IMG/VR virus record: IMGVR_UViG_3300028591_000081
Span: 32,001-96,000 of that record
From: a virus
Lineage: Duplodnaviria; Caudoviricetes
Strand: one strand, 5' to 3'
DNA length: 64,000 nt
Shown: positions 1 to 9,805 of the stretch, piece by piece
Layout of the letters: every line of letters starts with the position of its first letter
Numbering within the stretch: position 1 is the stretch's first letter
The notes under the pieces: model-generated
What the model was told of the DNA's origin: nothing
What the model saw: only the letters and a program-made list of their open reading frames with translations
Database searches by the model: none
Translations under genes and position numbers: made by a program

Positions 1-167
1 TTACTTTTCAAAGACGTAACAAGTGCTATGGACATGAAAAATGCATCCCATCGTTCCTGACTGTTAAACTGTTCAGTGTCTTCTGACATAAATCCTCTAC
101 CCTTCAAGAATCAGTCCTCATAAGGACTGAAATAAACTCCGCACACTCTTCATAATTTCCGTCGAAA

Positions 168-932
168 TCATCGAGAGTCCGTCTGACAGTTCAATCGGTT
201 CGATGCATCGACTTTGCCTACACCGTGATTAGAGATGTCTGGAAACAAGGATCGTTGGGCACGATCCTCGTAAGCATTCGCCGTGCTCTGGATCGTAGAC
301 TCAAGATAGGCGGTAAGTTCAGGAAGCTCTCGGCTGGTTTGTAACACTTCATCGAACCCGAACGCAGACGCGTATAAGCTATTTATCGAGCGTTCCACGG
401 CATGGAAATTCTGGTACACATCATCACACAACCCCTTCTGAGATACTACTCCAGAAAAGGATTCCGTAAATACCTTATAGAGGCTCAAAGTGTCCTGATC
501 CGACAGAGGAAAGGGTGCATAAGGCCGTAACGGAAAACTCGCCAGAGGTGAACCGCATGAATCTGAACTGTATGAGGAATACAGGCTTACAGAGTTCAGC
601 TTCTTGGATACCACGCAATAGAACGTGGTGGGAAGCACAAAATGAGTGCCGTTGCTTGCCTGAGTAAGAATCCCCGGACGCGAGAAATTCCTCATCTGCG
701 TGAATGAAGCGTAACTATGAATAAGCATCTGAGAAAATGCCTCATAATACTCAGTCATTCCAGAGAGCTTTTTGACCGGGAACTCCATCGCGGTGTATGA
801 ACCTTCACATGGAAGACTGCACACCAGAGGGGACTTTCCAAAATCCTTGCGAACATTACGCAAGGATTTTCGGCTCTGGACAACATCTCTCGGTGCCCAT
901 CCAGAACGGCTTTTGACACGTATCTTTTTCAT
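168..932 (-). CDS. hypothetical protein
   Basis: 254 aa ORF with GGAG RBS, downstream of a TGGTGCTG-class promoter at 993-1032; no motif recognised. Confidence 0.6.
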   Translation of the reverse strand: MKKIRVKSRSGWAPRDVVQSRKSLRNVRKDFGKSPLVCSLPCEGSYTAMEFPVKKLSGMTEYYEAFSQMLIHSYASFTQMRNFSRPGILTQASNGTHFVLPTTFYCVVSKKLNSVSLYSSYSSDSCGSPLASFPLRPYAPFPLSDQDTLSLYKVFTESFSGVVSQKGLCDDVYQNFHAVERSINSLYASAFGFDEVLQTSRELPELTAYLESTIQSTANAYEDRAQRSLFPDISNHGVGKVDASNRLNCQTDSR

Positions 933-992
933 ATCTACTCACTCCATATTTATCAGAAAGTTCAAGTGGTTAGCCATCCTTGCTACATGTAC

Positions 993-1032
993 AGTATAAC
1001 ATGATGTTCAGTTCTTCTCGGAATCAGCACCA
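993..1032 (-). promoter_or_regulatory. phage TGGTGCTG-N23-TGT-TATACT promoter
   Basis: Motif copy overlapping the 3' end of the helicase gene, oriented toward ORF 168..932. Confidence 0.7.
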
Positions 1033-3116
1033 TTAAAGTCCTTCAGGCAGTCCATGTGATCTGCGAACATGGGGGCGTCCTGTGTTCCATACTGCTGTCC
1101 GGCAGTATAAATCTCAAGGCTGTCATTCGCACGTGACACGGCAACATACGTGGCCTGTGAGGCAGACTTGGAATTGAGATTGTAGTTCTTGCTAGGAACA
1201 TACTCCCCTTGACGAGTGTCAATCTTTCCAACATCCCCATACACAACCATCACTTTTTTCCACTCAAGGCCCTGAGCCTTGTTGACGGTCGTGGCATAGT
1301 TCGGGGCAAAGTGTCCAATGAAATCACCCCAAGAGATCCTTGCGGACTTCATCTCAAGAGCGTCTCCCTTGGCCGAAGAACTGATGTCCCTAGGAAGCAT
1401 CTGACTTTTAATCAGCACATCCCCACCATCCATAATCGCGAGACAGGATTCGTTGCGAAGAAATTTCTTCGAGTAAGTAATTTCCAGAGACGGACTCGAA
1501 CCCTCACCAAACTTGAAGTTCTCCAAAGGTCGTACCCTGATGGCCCGCTTGGACATACGGTCACGAATCCATGCTTCGTTATCGCGCCACATTTCAAAGT
1601 AATTCCAATCCCCACGTTTGGGCATATAGAATATCGGAAGCATGTCGTGTTCATCATCCTTGAGAGCAGACTCCATACGAAGCATGTTTATCAGGCCAGC
1701 GCACGCATTACTTCCTGTCACGACCATCTCCCCATCTTCAGGAGTTCTGTGTACATACTCCTGAAGATCTACATCATCTACACGAAACCGAGTAAAGTTA
1801 CGGGATCTGGTACCAGCCACATTCCACACGAAGTCAATCAAGTCATTCGAGCTTGCGCGGTGGTTCTCCGTCAACTTGGTCACTGGATAATTCTGCATAA
1901 GCATGTACAGGAGATTCCCTCGGCCAAGGAAAGAACCTATCTGACTAATGTCTCCCATGCACACAAAACTTGCGTCCTTATCCAGTGCCATCTGAGCAAT
2001 GGAAATGAACGTGTCAAGCTGTTCGAGGCCCCACTGGGAAAGCTCATCAATACAATAAACATTATATGCGGAAACCCATGAATGCATCCTAGCGGTATTC
2101 GCACACAGGTTGTACATCGTAATCGAGCATGGTGTCGTAGGGCAACCTGCAAGATTTGCACGACGCGCCCCATTCAAGGCCACCAGTGTGGACAGAGACA
2201 CCATCAGATTCTTACCACCATTGAAACTCGGAACGAACCAATCCTCAATAGCTCTATGCGTCTTGCCCGTCCCGGCGAGCCCGACGTAAATCCCAAGACG
2301 ATTCTCTTTGTTCAGAGTGTCAAGAATACGACGAAGCATCTTGAGTTTCTCTACGGTTTTAGTCTGAACAAATCCACCTACACCACTCTCACACACGCGG
2401 GTACACTGCTCTTTAACGGCCTTATTAAAGGCTTCACGAAGTTCATCAACATTGAGTTTCACGCCATGAGAAGCATAGTAAGAGATAATGGATGTAGAGG
2501 TATCGCCGCCCACCAGAGCTTGAAACTTAGCCCTAAGTGCATCCGGGGTAGAAGAAGCACGACAACGATCCCATTCCTCATACGCCGCCCCAACCGAACC
2601 GTCGGAACGTTTCACATAACAATTCTTTTTGAGAAGGTTGGGATTGCTGAACACCTCATCCAACAGGTACTCAATCAGCTCATCGCCTTGAAGGGCACAA
2701 AATTCAGTTACTCCTTCGGCGATAAACTTCAGGAAGCTACGCTTGAAAATGGCACGGCGTAAGGTGTTCGGACGTTCTGAAAGGTGCGTGATATCCTCCA
2801 ACGACACGTACTTTCTCGACACTCTTTCCGAATTGAGGATATCCCACCCGAGTAAATCCAGTTTGTCGTCCTTTGCGTCGTATCCAGAGGCAAAGTCAGC
2901 CACCACCTTGTCGATTTCCTTGTCCTGCGACATGGTATTCTTATACTGCAACAGGTCATTCCGAAAATCTCGGATGGTCTTTTTCGGCTTCAAAACCTTC
3001 TTGCTCTTTTTCGCAGATTTCATCGAATCTGCCAAAGTACCTTCACCTTCAGAATCGAAGAGACCAAACCCTTCCTGAAACACACTACCAAGATCTATAT
3101 CGAAATTTCCGCTCAT
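1008..3116 (-). CDS. SF1B (RecD/Dda-like) DNA helicase
   Basis: Walker A GLAGTGKT, Walker B IDELSQ, GDISQIGS, LTENHR, YATTVNKAQGLEW, YVAVSRA. Confidence 0.9.
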   Translation of the reverse strand: MSGNFDIDLGSVFQEGFGLFDSEGEGTLADSMKSAKKSKKVLKPKKTIRDFRNDLLQYKNTMSQDKEIDKVVADFASGYDAKDDKLDLLGWDILNSERVSRKYVSLEDITHLSERPNTLRRAIFKRSFLKFIAEGVTEFCALQGDELIEYLLDEVFSNPNLLKKNCYVKRSDGSVGAAYEEWDRCRASSTPDALRAKFQALVGGDTSTSIISYYASHGVKLNVDELREAFNKAVKEQCTRVCESGVGGFVQTKTVEKLKMLRRILDTLNKENRLGIYVGLAGTGKTHRAIEDWFVPSFNGGKNLMVSLSTLVALNGARRANLAGCPTTPCSITMYNLCANTARMHSWVSAYNVYCIDELSQWGLEQLDTFISIAQMALDKDASFVCMGDISQIGSFLGRGNLLYMLMQNYPVTKLTENHRASSNDLIDFVWNVAGTRSRNFTRFRVDDVDLQEYVHRTPEDGEMVVTGSNACAGLINMLRMESALKDDEHDMLPIFYMPKRGDWNYFEMWRDNEAWIRDRMSKRAIRVRPLENFKFGEGSSPSLEITYSKKFLRNESCLAIMDGGDVLIKSQMLPRDISSSAKGDALEMKSARISWGDFIGHFAPNYATTVNKAQGLEWKKVMVVYGDVGKIDTRQGEYVPSKNYNLNSKSASQATYVAVSRANDSLEIYTAGQQYGTQDAPMFADHMDCLKDFNGADSEKN

Positions 3117-3163
3117 GGTCTACCCTCAACAGTTCGTGAAAAAGTCTCACAAGAGACTCACAG

Positions 3164-3203
3164 AACATACCACAGATTCATCCAAAGACGGGATTCAGCA
3201 CCA
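3164..3203 (-). promoter_or_regulatory. phage TGGTGCTG-N23-TGG-TATGTT promoter
   Basis: Motif copy directly upstream of the helicase, just after a terminator-like hairpin at ~3213-3238. Confidence 0.75.
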
Positions 3204-3241
3204 CAAACCAACAAAAAATCCCGCATCACTGCGGGATACAT

Positions 3242-3646
3242 TCATGCGTCGGAGTCATGGAAATGAAATATCTTCAAAGGTTTCGAGTATGCCTCATATC
3301 CGGCCCATGGCTTGTCCTTGTAATCGTGATTGTAGACACTCGGACCAAACCTTCCCCAATCAGAGACGTTGTAGCATGAAGAGAAGGTAGGCTTCCCGTT
3401 GTACATATCACCATGTGCTCCAGCCCGCTCCATCTCCCACACAACCGTCCGAAACAGCGGTACACCAGTCTTTCGTTCCCTCACCACCAAATCCATACGA
3501 GCGTGGCCATTCTCATCGAACAGCTTTTCCCACACATCAAAGGCTTCATCATAGGACTCACTGGTAAACACCGTCTGTACAGGGGAGGCAAGTTTAAGCT
3601 CAACCACCTCATACGACATGAAATGTGGATTCTCTTCTCTTCCCAT
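3242..3646 (-). CDS. hypothetical protein
   Basis: 134 aa ORF with GAGGTG RBS, packed behind the ligase. Confidence 0.65.
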   Translation of the reverse strand: MGREENPHFMSYEVVELKLASPVQTVFTSESYDEAFDVWEKLFDENGHARMDLVVRERKTGVPLFRTVVWEMERAGAHGDMYNGKPTFSSCYNVSDWGRFGPSVYNHDYKDKPWAGYEAYSKPLKIFHFHDSDA

Positions 3647-3658
3647 TACCCACCTCTA

Positions 3659-4897
3659 TCACAGAACCAGCTTGGCCAATTCTTCTTCGTCTAACACCTC
3701 GCAGTCCGAAATTCCCTTATCTGGACGCCACGCTTCAATCGTACAATGGGTAAGACGCTTGTTCACCCCTGAAATATCCTGACCGGACAGTGTGGCAACA
3801 CGACCATAAAACTCCTGTTTGAGGCAAGGTTTCCCGTTGGCATCATAGTCCGTCATCTCTACACGCAAGTCCTGAGGGATTCCAGCCACGCGCCCAATCT
3901 CTCGTATAATCACCCGACCATCTGCTTGCTTGACCTGACAAGAGAAGATCAAACCTCCGATGTAATTCTCATTGGCCTTACCCTGTGTGGCTTCTGTAAA
4001 CCCGGTAATCCATGCATCCAAATCCTTGGCCAGATCACACTTTACGGTACGTTTGAGTTTGATCATGTCGTCAGAGCGCGATGTCGTAGAAGTGTACGGT
4101 GCGTCGGTACGCTTGGCGACTATGCCCTCCCGTCCCTCACGCAACATCCTCTCATAAAACTCCCGCTTGTTCGTTAAAGTGTACTCGTTGATCATACACA
4201 TGAACCCAGCATCTTTCAATGCTTTCGCGAGCTTCTCAGCATGAACATGACGTTCCTTCCACGGAAGAGAACGAATATCCACCCCGTCATACAGACAATC
4301 GAAGATGACGAACATCAACGGATTATTCTTCTGAATCTCCAAACTCTGAGCAGGATCCAAGGAAAGAAGTGCGGACGTGGAGTTTAGCTGGGACGTACAC
4401 ACCTTCCGTGTAGCAGTGTTTGAGTTTGTAGAGATCACCTCACAATCCAGAACAAAAGAAGTGTCGGAGTGAAAGTTGCCGAAGACACGAACATTGTTCC
4501 GATACGAGATGGGTAAGAAATCATCCACACTGTTATGACGGGAGTAGAAGTCAAACTTTTGAGTATCCGCGTCAAACAGGACTACCGCCCTGTTTCCGTC
4601 GATTTTCTCTTCCACTGCATATTTGCCATCGTTCTTCCAGATCGCTATCTGGGTTGCCTCTTTGCACTGTGCATATCGCTTGCACAGCATCGGACAATCC
4701 ATCGTAAGCATAAACCTAAGCGGAAACGGAACGTTCTCAGGTTCACCGTACTGCTCGACCAAATAATCCGCACGCAAGGCACGAATGAAATCTTCCTTCT
4801 TGAACTTCCCATTCTTGCCGGAAGGGGTAACAGACAAACCTCTTGTCAGACATTCATCCGACAACTGCTCCAAGGTACGCGTCGATTCCAAAGCCAT
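3659..4897 (-). CDS. ATP-dependent DNA ligase
   Basis: Motif I EEKIDGNR, VLDCEV, FVIFDCL, EGIVAK, IKLKR, C-terminal OB-like region ending WRPDK. Confidence 0.92.
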   Translation of the reverse strand: MALESTRTLEQLSDECLTRGLSVTPSGKNGKFKKEDFIRALRADYLVEQYGEPENVPFPLRFMLTMDCPMLCKRYAQCKEATQIAIWKNDGKYAVEEKIDGNRAVVLFDADTQKFDFYSRHNSVDDFLPISYRNNVRVFGNFHSDTSFVLDCEVISTNSNTATRKVCTSQLNSTSALLSLDPAQSLEIQKNNPLMFVIFDCLYDGVDIRSLPWKERHVHAEKLAKALKDAGFMCMINEYTLTNKREFYERMLREGREGIVAKRTDAPYTSTTSRSDDMIKLKRTVKCDLAKDLDAWITGFTEATQGKANENYIGGLIFSCQVKQADGRVIIREIGRVAGIPQDLRVEMTDYDANGKPCLKQEFYGRVATLSGQDISGVNKRLTHCTIEAWRPDKGISDCEVLDEEELAKLVL

Positions 4898-4952
4898 AAT
4901 TACACTCTCCTAACAAAGTCCAACAAAGCACCCACACGACCCAACGCCATAA

Positions 4953-6032
4953 TCACCCGCCACACGAACCACCACCTCCACATTTAGGCTCGTACTCCCG
5001 ATTGACCGTGGAAGGTGGCGGGTAGTGGCTGATCTCTTTCCAAGAGGACACATCATACGGATTCTTTGTTCGTGCGGTCAAAAGCTCTGCCAAATTTCTA
5101 AGATCGGGTGGGATGGAATTTTGAGAACGAAAGGCCGTGTTTAGAACACTGATCACATGCTGACAGACATCGCTCTCATGCAAAGCATCCCCAACATACG
5201 AAATCAAGGTAGGGGAGTCGATGTCCCAATCCAACCGAACTGTGCCGTCAGGAAACACCACAATGTCGTTTATGAACCCATAGTTTCCTTTCCGAATAAA
5301 GGTGGAAGGCAGTCCTCGGTGAAACCTAACCTCGTATGGAGTATCTCCGAGCCTATTGTAATGGAACACAAAGGTATCACATACCAAACATCCGCCACTT
5401 CGGACATACGAAAGGGATGGGGACTCAAATAGGTGCCCAAGGAAGGCGTTGTTGATGGTGTGTAGTTGTTCTTCAGATAATTTCCTATAATCCCATCTGA
5501 AATTCAGCGAGGAAGAGAACTTCGAGGCAACTCCAACAAGGTCTTCAGCATCCTTCGAGCTAAAATGAACAGAAGACTCCTCATCTACCAGCCGGTTGAT
5601 ACGTACTGGCACCCAACTGTTCACCTCACTTAAAAACGCGGCGTCATCATCACGAAACACAGTTTCGACATGTCTCGAAACATTGATGCCACACAGGTTC
5701 CTCCGATACTTAGAAATGAGGTCTATGGCATCCTTGGTCTCAATGCCTTTTGGAAATGATGTGTTGATGAACACCTTTTTACCATGTTTTGAAGCCACTT
5801 GAAGAATCTGCTCAAGACCTTCAAGATTTGAAAACGGCTCACCGCCGGACACAACAACCTCACGAATCCCTGTTAAACACATTGATTCCAAAGACATCAA
5901 CACCTTTGGCAGAGAACACTCCATGGAGCTATAAAATTCCTTGGAAGTACAAAAAGGGCAATGCTTGTCACAATCCCAAGGAACGAATACGGTCACGCTC
6001 AAATTCGACCTACCAACCAAAAATTTCATCAC
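4953..6032 (-). CDS. radical SAM protein
   Basis: CDKHCPFC (CX3CX2C), SGGEP, INTS; extra GCLVC and C-terminal CGGGGSCGG. Confidence 0.88.
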   Translation of the reverse strand: MMKFLVGRSNLSVTVFVPWDCDKHCPFCTSKEFYSSMECSLPKVLMSLESMCLTGIREVVVSGGEPFSNLEGLEQILQVASKHGKKVFINTSFPKGIETKDAIDLISKYRRNLCGINVSRHVETVFRDDDAAFLSEVNSWVPVRINRLVDEESSVHFSSKDAEDLVGVASKFSSSLNFRWDYRKLSEEQLHTINNAFLGHLFESPSLSYVRSGGCLVCDTFVFHYNRLGDTPYEVRFHRGLPSTFIRKGNYGFINDIVVFPDGTVRLDWDIDSPTLISYVGDALHESDVCQHVISVLNTAFRSQNSIPPDLRNLAELLTARTKNPYDVSSWKEISHYPPPSTVNREYEPKCGGGGSCGG

Positions 6033-6044
6033 ACATTCCCTCCA

Positions 6045-6452
6045 TTACCATGTTCCGTCAGTGAACATCTCGCGGTCCAGATACCACTCCTTGTTGTCAT
6101 GGGCACCGTACTTCTTAAACCGTTTCGTCTTGGTGTCGAAGTACTCTCCGCGTTCTGTCTCAGTGTACCGAATATACGGACAAGCCTCTTTGAAAGCCTT
6201 TTTGCGAATGCCGGACATGATTCCGCTGAAGCTACGCATCGAAGGAAACGGCGAATCATTGTCGAACTTCAGCCCGGTGGGTCTGCAACAAATCCAGCCC
6301 TTAGACGGAAACGGACGACACGAATAGGCGAACATCCGCTCATCGTGTTCAGCACTAATCTCAGCACAACGCACAAGGTAATCCAGAGCCGTAATCTGCT
6401 TGTCCGTATATCCGTCACGTTTCAGAATCTGTACCGTCTCAGGCTTCAACAT
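6045..6452 (-). CDS. hypothetical protein
   Basis: ORF with GGAGGT RBS before MLKPE; first gene after promoter 6513-6552. Confidence 0.65.
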   Translation of the reverse strand: MLKPETVQILKRDGYTDKQITALDYLVRCAEISAEHDERMFAYSCRPFPSKGWICCRPTGLKFDNDSPFPSMRSFSGIMSGIRKKAFKEACPYIRYTETERGEYFDTKTKRFKKYGAHDNKEWYLDREMFTDGTW

Positions 6453-6512
6453 AGCTACCTCCACAACATCGAAGGATTCCCGGCCCGACCATCGAACCGG
6501 CTGACGGGTAGA

Positions 6513-6552
6513 AGTATAACACAGCCTTTTGAACGTTCTCGGTTCAGCACCA
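6513..6552 (-). promoter_or_regulatory. phage TGGTGCTG-N23-TGT-TATACT promoter
   Basis: Motif copy upstream of the hypothetical/radical SAM/ligase operon. Confidence 0.75.
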
Positions 6553-6566
6553 CAAAAGTAATGCCA

Positions 6567-7133
6567 TCAAAACGTAATGGTTTTGAGGTTCATGCCATTC
6601 GTATTCAGGTAATGGCAAATGTAAAGGAAAGCCTCGCAACAGTCGTGACAAGGTGGTCTTACTCTGTTAGTTTTTGAGACCACAGGCACTCCCCATCCAG
6701 CCGCCAAGAACTTCTCAAGAAGTTTCGTTGCGCGATTCACTGAATCCGTCTTCGTATAATCGCGCTTGGAATGAATAGTGCGCAACGTCGAGGGATTGTA
6801 AGTGTGTATCACCGAATCATGTAAACGCTCAAAAATCATGGAGTCCAAAGCATACAGAGCCGGGGACATCGAACTGGCTGGCAAAGGCTCTTCCATAATG
6901 ACTCCGACAGATCCAAAGGAACGAACCCAATCAGCCACGTCGTTCGCAAGAGCAAAGGCAGACTCAAATACGGCATGAAAGCCTCGCTTAACCTCTCCAT
7001 CCACCGAGGCTTTCCCAGTCATAGGATGTGAAAGGGTATGAAACACAACCCTCTTACTTCCATCCTGCAAGACAGCACACAGTCCAGTTCGCGAGTAAGA
7101 CGGGTCGATCCCTATGAGAGTGTACGGCAACAT
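6567..7133 (-). CDS. RuvC-like Holliday junction resolvase
   Basis: N-terminal IGIDPSYSRTG, IMEEP, YNPSTLR, C-terminal HDCCEA (DxxD/E-like). Confidence 0.75.
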   Translation of the reverse strand: MLPYTLIGIDPSYSRTGLCAVLQDGSKRVVFHTLSHPMTGKASVDGEVKRGFHAVFESAFALANDVADWVRSFGSVGVIMEEPLPASSMSPALYALDSMIFERLHDSVIHTYNPSTLRTIHSKRDYTKTDSVNRATKLLEKFLAAGWGVPVVSKTNRVRPPCHDCCEAFLYICHYLNTNGMNLKTITF

Positions 7134-7396
7134 CAGTCCTCCGATCCATCACAGTCGGAAAGATGCTCAGGAAGGATAATCACAGTACTAATCCCCTCAT
7201 TGTCGAACGAGATCATGGACATGTTCTCAACGCGCATACCAGACAGTACCTGCTGTAAAGACAGAGATTCATTATACGAGCGAACCCACACCATGTCCTT
7301 GCCATCCCCAACTACCTGCACGGAACCGGGATAAACATAGCTCGGAATAAAATCCGTGGAATCCTCGATGTACTGCAACACTTCTGACTTTTTCAT
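7133..7396 (-). CDS. hypothetical protein
   Basis: Short ORF with GGAG RBS; stop overlaps the start of the RuvC-like gene. Confidence 0.55.
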   Translation of the reverse strand: MKKSEVLQYIEDSTDFIPSYVYPGSVQVVGDGKDMVWVRSYNESLSLQQVLSGMRVENMSMISFDNEGISTVIILPEHLSDCDGSED

Positions 7397-7399
7397 AAA

Positions 7400-7671
7400 C
7401 ACTCCAAATGATTACAGGCCGAAATACGAGATGAGCTTTTTCAAAAGCCTCACTGAATAAGACGCCAATCGCCTCCACCGTTTCCAAGTCCGTTATTCCA
7501 AGACGTTCCACGGGAAGTCCGTTCGGACACACGATAACATTTATCGCGGAATGAGGCCAGCGGGTTTCTCTTGGTGTCGGAGTACACATGATGTATGACG
7601 AGGGCCGTCGGATTGCTACTGCGATCAGGTAGAGGATCGAAGCACCCATAATACTTTTTGCTGATGTCCAT
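7400..7671 (-). pseudogene. possible frameshifted, internally deleted Amidase_2-like remnant
   Basis: MDISKK...PTALVIHH in one frame continues as CTPTPRETR-WPHSAINVIVCPNG in another, resembling the IHHT and H..CPG zinc-site motifs. Confidence 0.3.
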
Positions 7672-7707
7672 AACGATAACTCCCGTCACGGTGTAATGTT
7701 CAGTACA

Positions 7708-7747
7708 AAAAGAACTACCCTTGACAAGGGCCAAGGGTAGTTCTTTT
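7708..7747. terminator. intrinsic terminator (bidirectional)
   Basis: AAAAGAACTACCCTTG / CAAGGGTAGTTCTTTT 16-bp inverted repeat downstream of the SSB gene. Confidence 0.75.
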
Positions 7748-7792
7748 ACTGTTTAGATTTGGGAGCCTTCGTGAAAACCTTACGGTCACGCT

Positions 7793-8539
7793 TTAGAGCG
7801 AAAACTCATCCTGAAGAGCCTTCACATTCACGGCGTCACTACCGATAGAAGGTGCTCTCGGAGTGGCAGGAACGGAACTTCCAGCCGTTTGAGGATTCTT
7901 GAGGAAGTCCTCAAACTTGTTGACATCGAACTTGCTACCGATTGCATCCCACAGATGCGAGATGTTCTCCTTCAGAGTTCGCTGTACATACTCAAAGACT
8001 TCAGGAACCTGCTTGTACAGGCAGTTGCCTACCGGGGACATGCTCTCCAGTCCACCGGCAAATTCCCCGGACGTGGCCACAAGAGACCAGTCTTGAGAAA
8101 TACCGGCAGGGCTTGCAAAGGAATCAGCCATTCGTTTGTTGTACGTGGAGGCATGAATCGACAACACCTTCACCTTGACAGACTGAATCGAGACTTCCTT
8201 CAGAGAAGCACGAACAGGGTCGGCCACCAAGTACTCCACAACAGGGAACAGAACACGGGAAGAGTCCTGAACATCGGGAACCGATTTCAGACGCTTGCAA
8301 CACTCACCGCCATCGCACAGCACGTTGCCAAAGTTTTTAACATAATGCTGTTTGAAGGCAAAGCCACCGTTCATAAGGAACGCCACACGAACCTTACGAG
8401 AGGGGTCCAGTTTCAGACGCTCAATTTTGAACGTCTCCATAACCGCGCCACCCACCACAGGTGCTATGGCAAACCCGGCATCCTTGAGAGCCGCAGTAAA
8501 GTCGATGTTCAAACCTTCCAAAGTCGCTAATTCTGACAT
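7793..8539 (-). CDS. probable gp32-like single-stranded DNA-binding protein
   Basis: VRVAFL...HY...C....CC zinc-site pattern, acidic/hydrophobic tail QDEFSL, own promoter and terminator; start reassigned to MSELA (GAGG RBS). Confidence 0.55.
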   Translation of the reverse strand: MSELATLEGLNIDFTAALKDAGFAIAPVVGGAVMETFKIERLKLDPSRKVRVAFLMNGGFAFKQHYVKNFGNVLCDGGECCKRLKSVPDVQDSSRVLFPVVEYLVADPVRASLKEVSIQSVKVKVLSIHASTYNKRMADSFASPAGISQDWSLVATSGEFAGGLESMSPVGNCLYKQVPEVFEYVQRTLKENISHLWDAIGSKFDVNKFEDFLKNPQTAGSSVPATPRAPSIGSDAVNVKALQDEFSL

Positions 8540-8630
8540 AATTTTCCTCACAGTAAAAGAAGAGAAAAGAAAGTAAAAGAAAAGAGCACGCATGTCTGGG
8601 CGGTACCGTTCCCAAACACCCGATGAGCAG

Positions 8631-8670
8631 ACTATAACACAGAAAATAAAAAATGGGTATCTCAGCACCA
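8631..8670 (-). promoter_or_regulatory. phage TGGTGCTG-N23-TGT-TATAGT promoter
   Basis: Motif copy upstream of the SSB-like gene. Confidence 0.75.
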
Positions 8671-8723
8671 TAAATTTCGAAGGGACTGGATACCCATGAT
8701 TCTACAAGCCAAGAACGGAAAGT

Positions 8724-9029
8724 TTACTTTGCCGGAGCTTCAGACGGTTTGGCATCGTCTGCTTTTGGAGCTTCAGTCGGGTTCCCTGAATCATCGGCTT
8801 TAGCTTCATCCGCAGGTTTGTTATCCGAAGGCTTTACCGCGTCTCCATCTTTTGCTCCATCAGACGGCTTGGATTCGTCCGCCGGGCTGGCTTCTCCAGC
8901 TTTCGGAGCTTCCTGTGCTTCAGCAGGTTTTGCCTCATCCGACGTAGAAGCAGGATCAGCGACGACACCTTTGTTGACACACGAACACATAAGAACTGCC
9001 AGTAAAGAAAAGAACGCCAACTTGCGCAT
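8724..9029 (-). CDS. small lipoprotein with disordered Ala/Pro/Asp/Lys body
   Basis: MRKLAFFSLLAVLMCSC signal/lipobox, AGGTG RBS. Confidence 0.7.
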   Translation of the reverse strand: MRKLAFFSLLAVLMCSCVNKGVVADPASTSDEAKPAEAQEAPKAGEASPADESKPSDGAKDGDAVKPSDNKPADEAKADDSGNPTEAPKADDAKPSEAPAK

Positions 9030-9201
9030 AGTATCACCTTTTCGTAAAAGACCGAAACACCACGCTCGGTCTGAGTAAAGTCTCCCCCGATGCCTTGGTT
9101 GGATATAGACCAAAGGTCTGAAACTTGTCCGTGTCTATTCGACGTGGTATCCAACCCACGTCAGGGGGCACCAACTTGGGGCAAAATGGAGTAAAACCAT
9201 T

Positions 9202-9798
9202 ATGAACACTAAACAGATAAAGTCCTCCCTTACCACGCTGTGCATGACACTGGTAATTTTGTGCGGTCTTACAAAGGACTGTTTCGCAGACTCGTTTACC
9301 ACCTACATGGAACGGTGTGAACCGTACCGAGAAACCATAGAACGTATCCTTACAGAAGAGGGAGTTCCAGTCGAGTACTTTGCGCTTCTACTTGCGGAAA
9401 GTGGATGTGACCTGAACAATCAGTCGGAACGAGGGGCAAAGGGAGCGTGGCAACTCATGGGACCGACCGCACGCACTTATGGCGTCAAAGATCCGTATGA
9501 TCTGGAGCAGTCAACGAGAGGCGCGGCCAGATACCTGAAATCCCTCATCGACCGTTTTCACGATATGCGCTGGGTCATCGCCGCCTATAATGCTGGAGGA
9601 ACGAACCTAAAGCGCGTCACCGGATACCCGAATGCAGAATTCTCGTATGTGAGAAAGGTTCGCCCGGAAGCCTACTACTTGTCCATCAAGGTTCAGAACT
9701 TCGTGACCAGAATCAAAGAGTACGACAGAGAGAACGCTGGCAAACAAAAAGCCTCCGATACAGCAAAACTCACAAACACCGTAGAAGATCGCGTGTAG
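9202..9798 (+). CDS. lytic transglycosylase (SLT domain) with N-terminal signal
   Basis: LAESG catalytic Glu, GAWQLM..TA..YG, ARYL, AAYNAG; hydrophobic N-terminus. Confidence 0.9.
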   Translation: MNTKQIKSSLTTLCMTLVILCGLTKDCFADSFTTYMERCEPYRETIERILTEEGVPVEYFALLLAESGCDLNNQSERGAKGAWQLMGPTARTYGVKDPYDLEQSTRGAARYLKSLIDRFHDMRWVIAAYNAGGTNLKRVTGYPNAEFSYVRKVRPEAYYLSIKVQNFVTRIKEYDRENAGKQKASDTAKLTNTVEDRV

Positions 9799-9805
9799 TC
9801 AACGT

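Noticed and set aside
1209-2762. Long + strand ORFs opposite the helicase (and similar shadows elsewhere)
   Set aside because: Fully antisense to well-supported genes and contain no motifs
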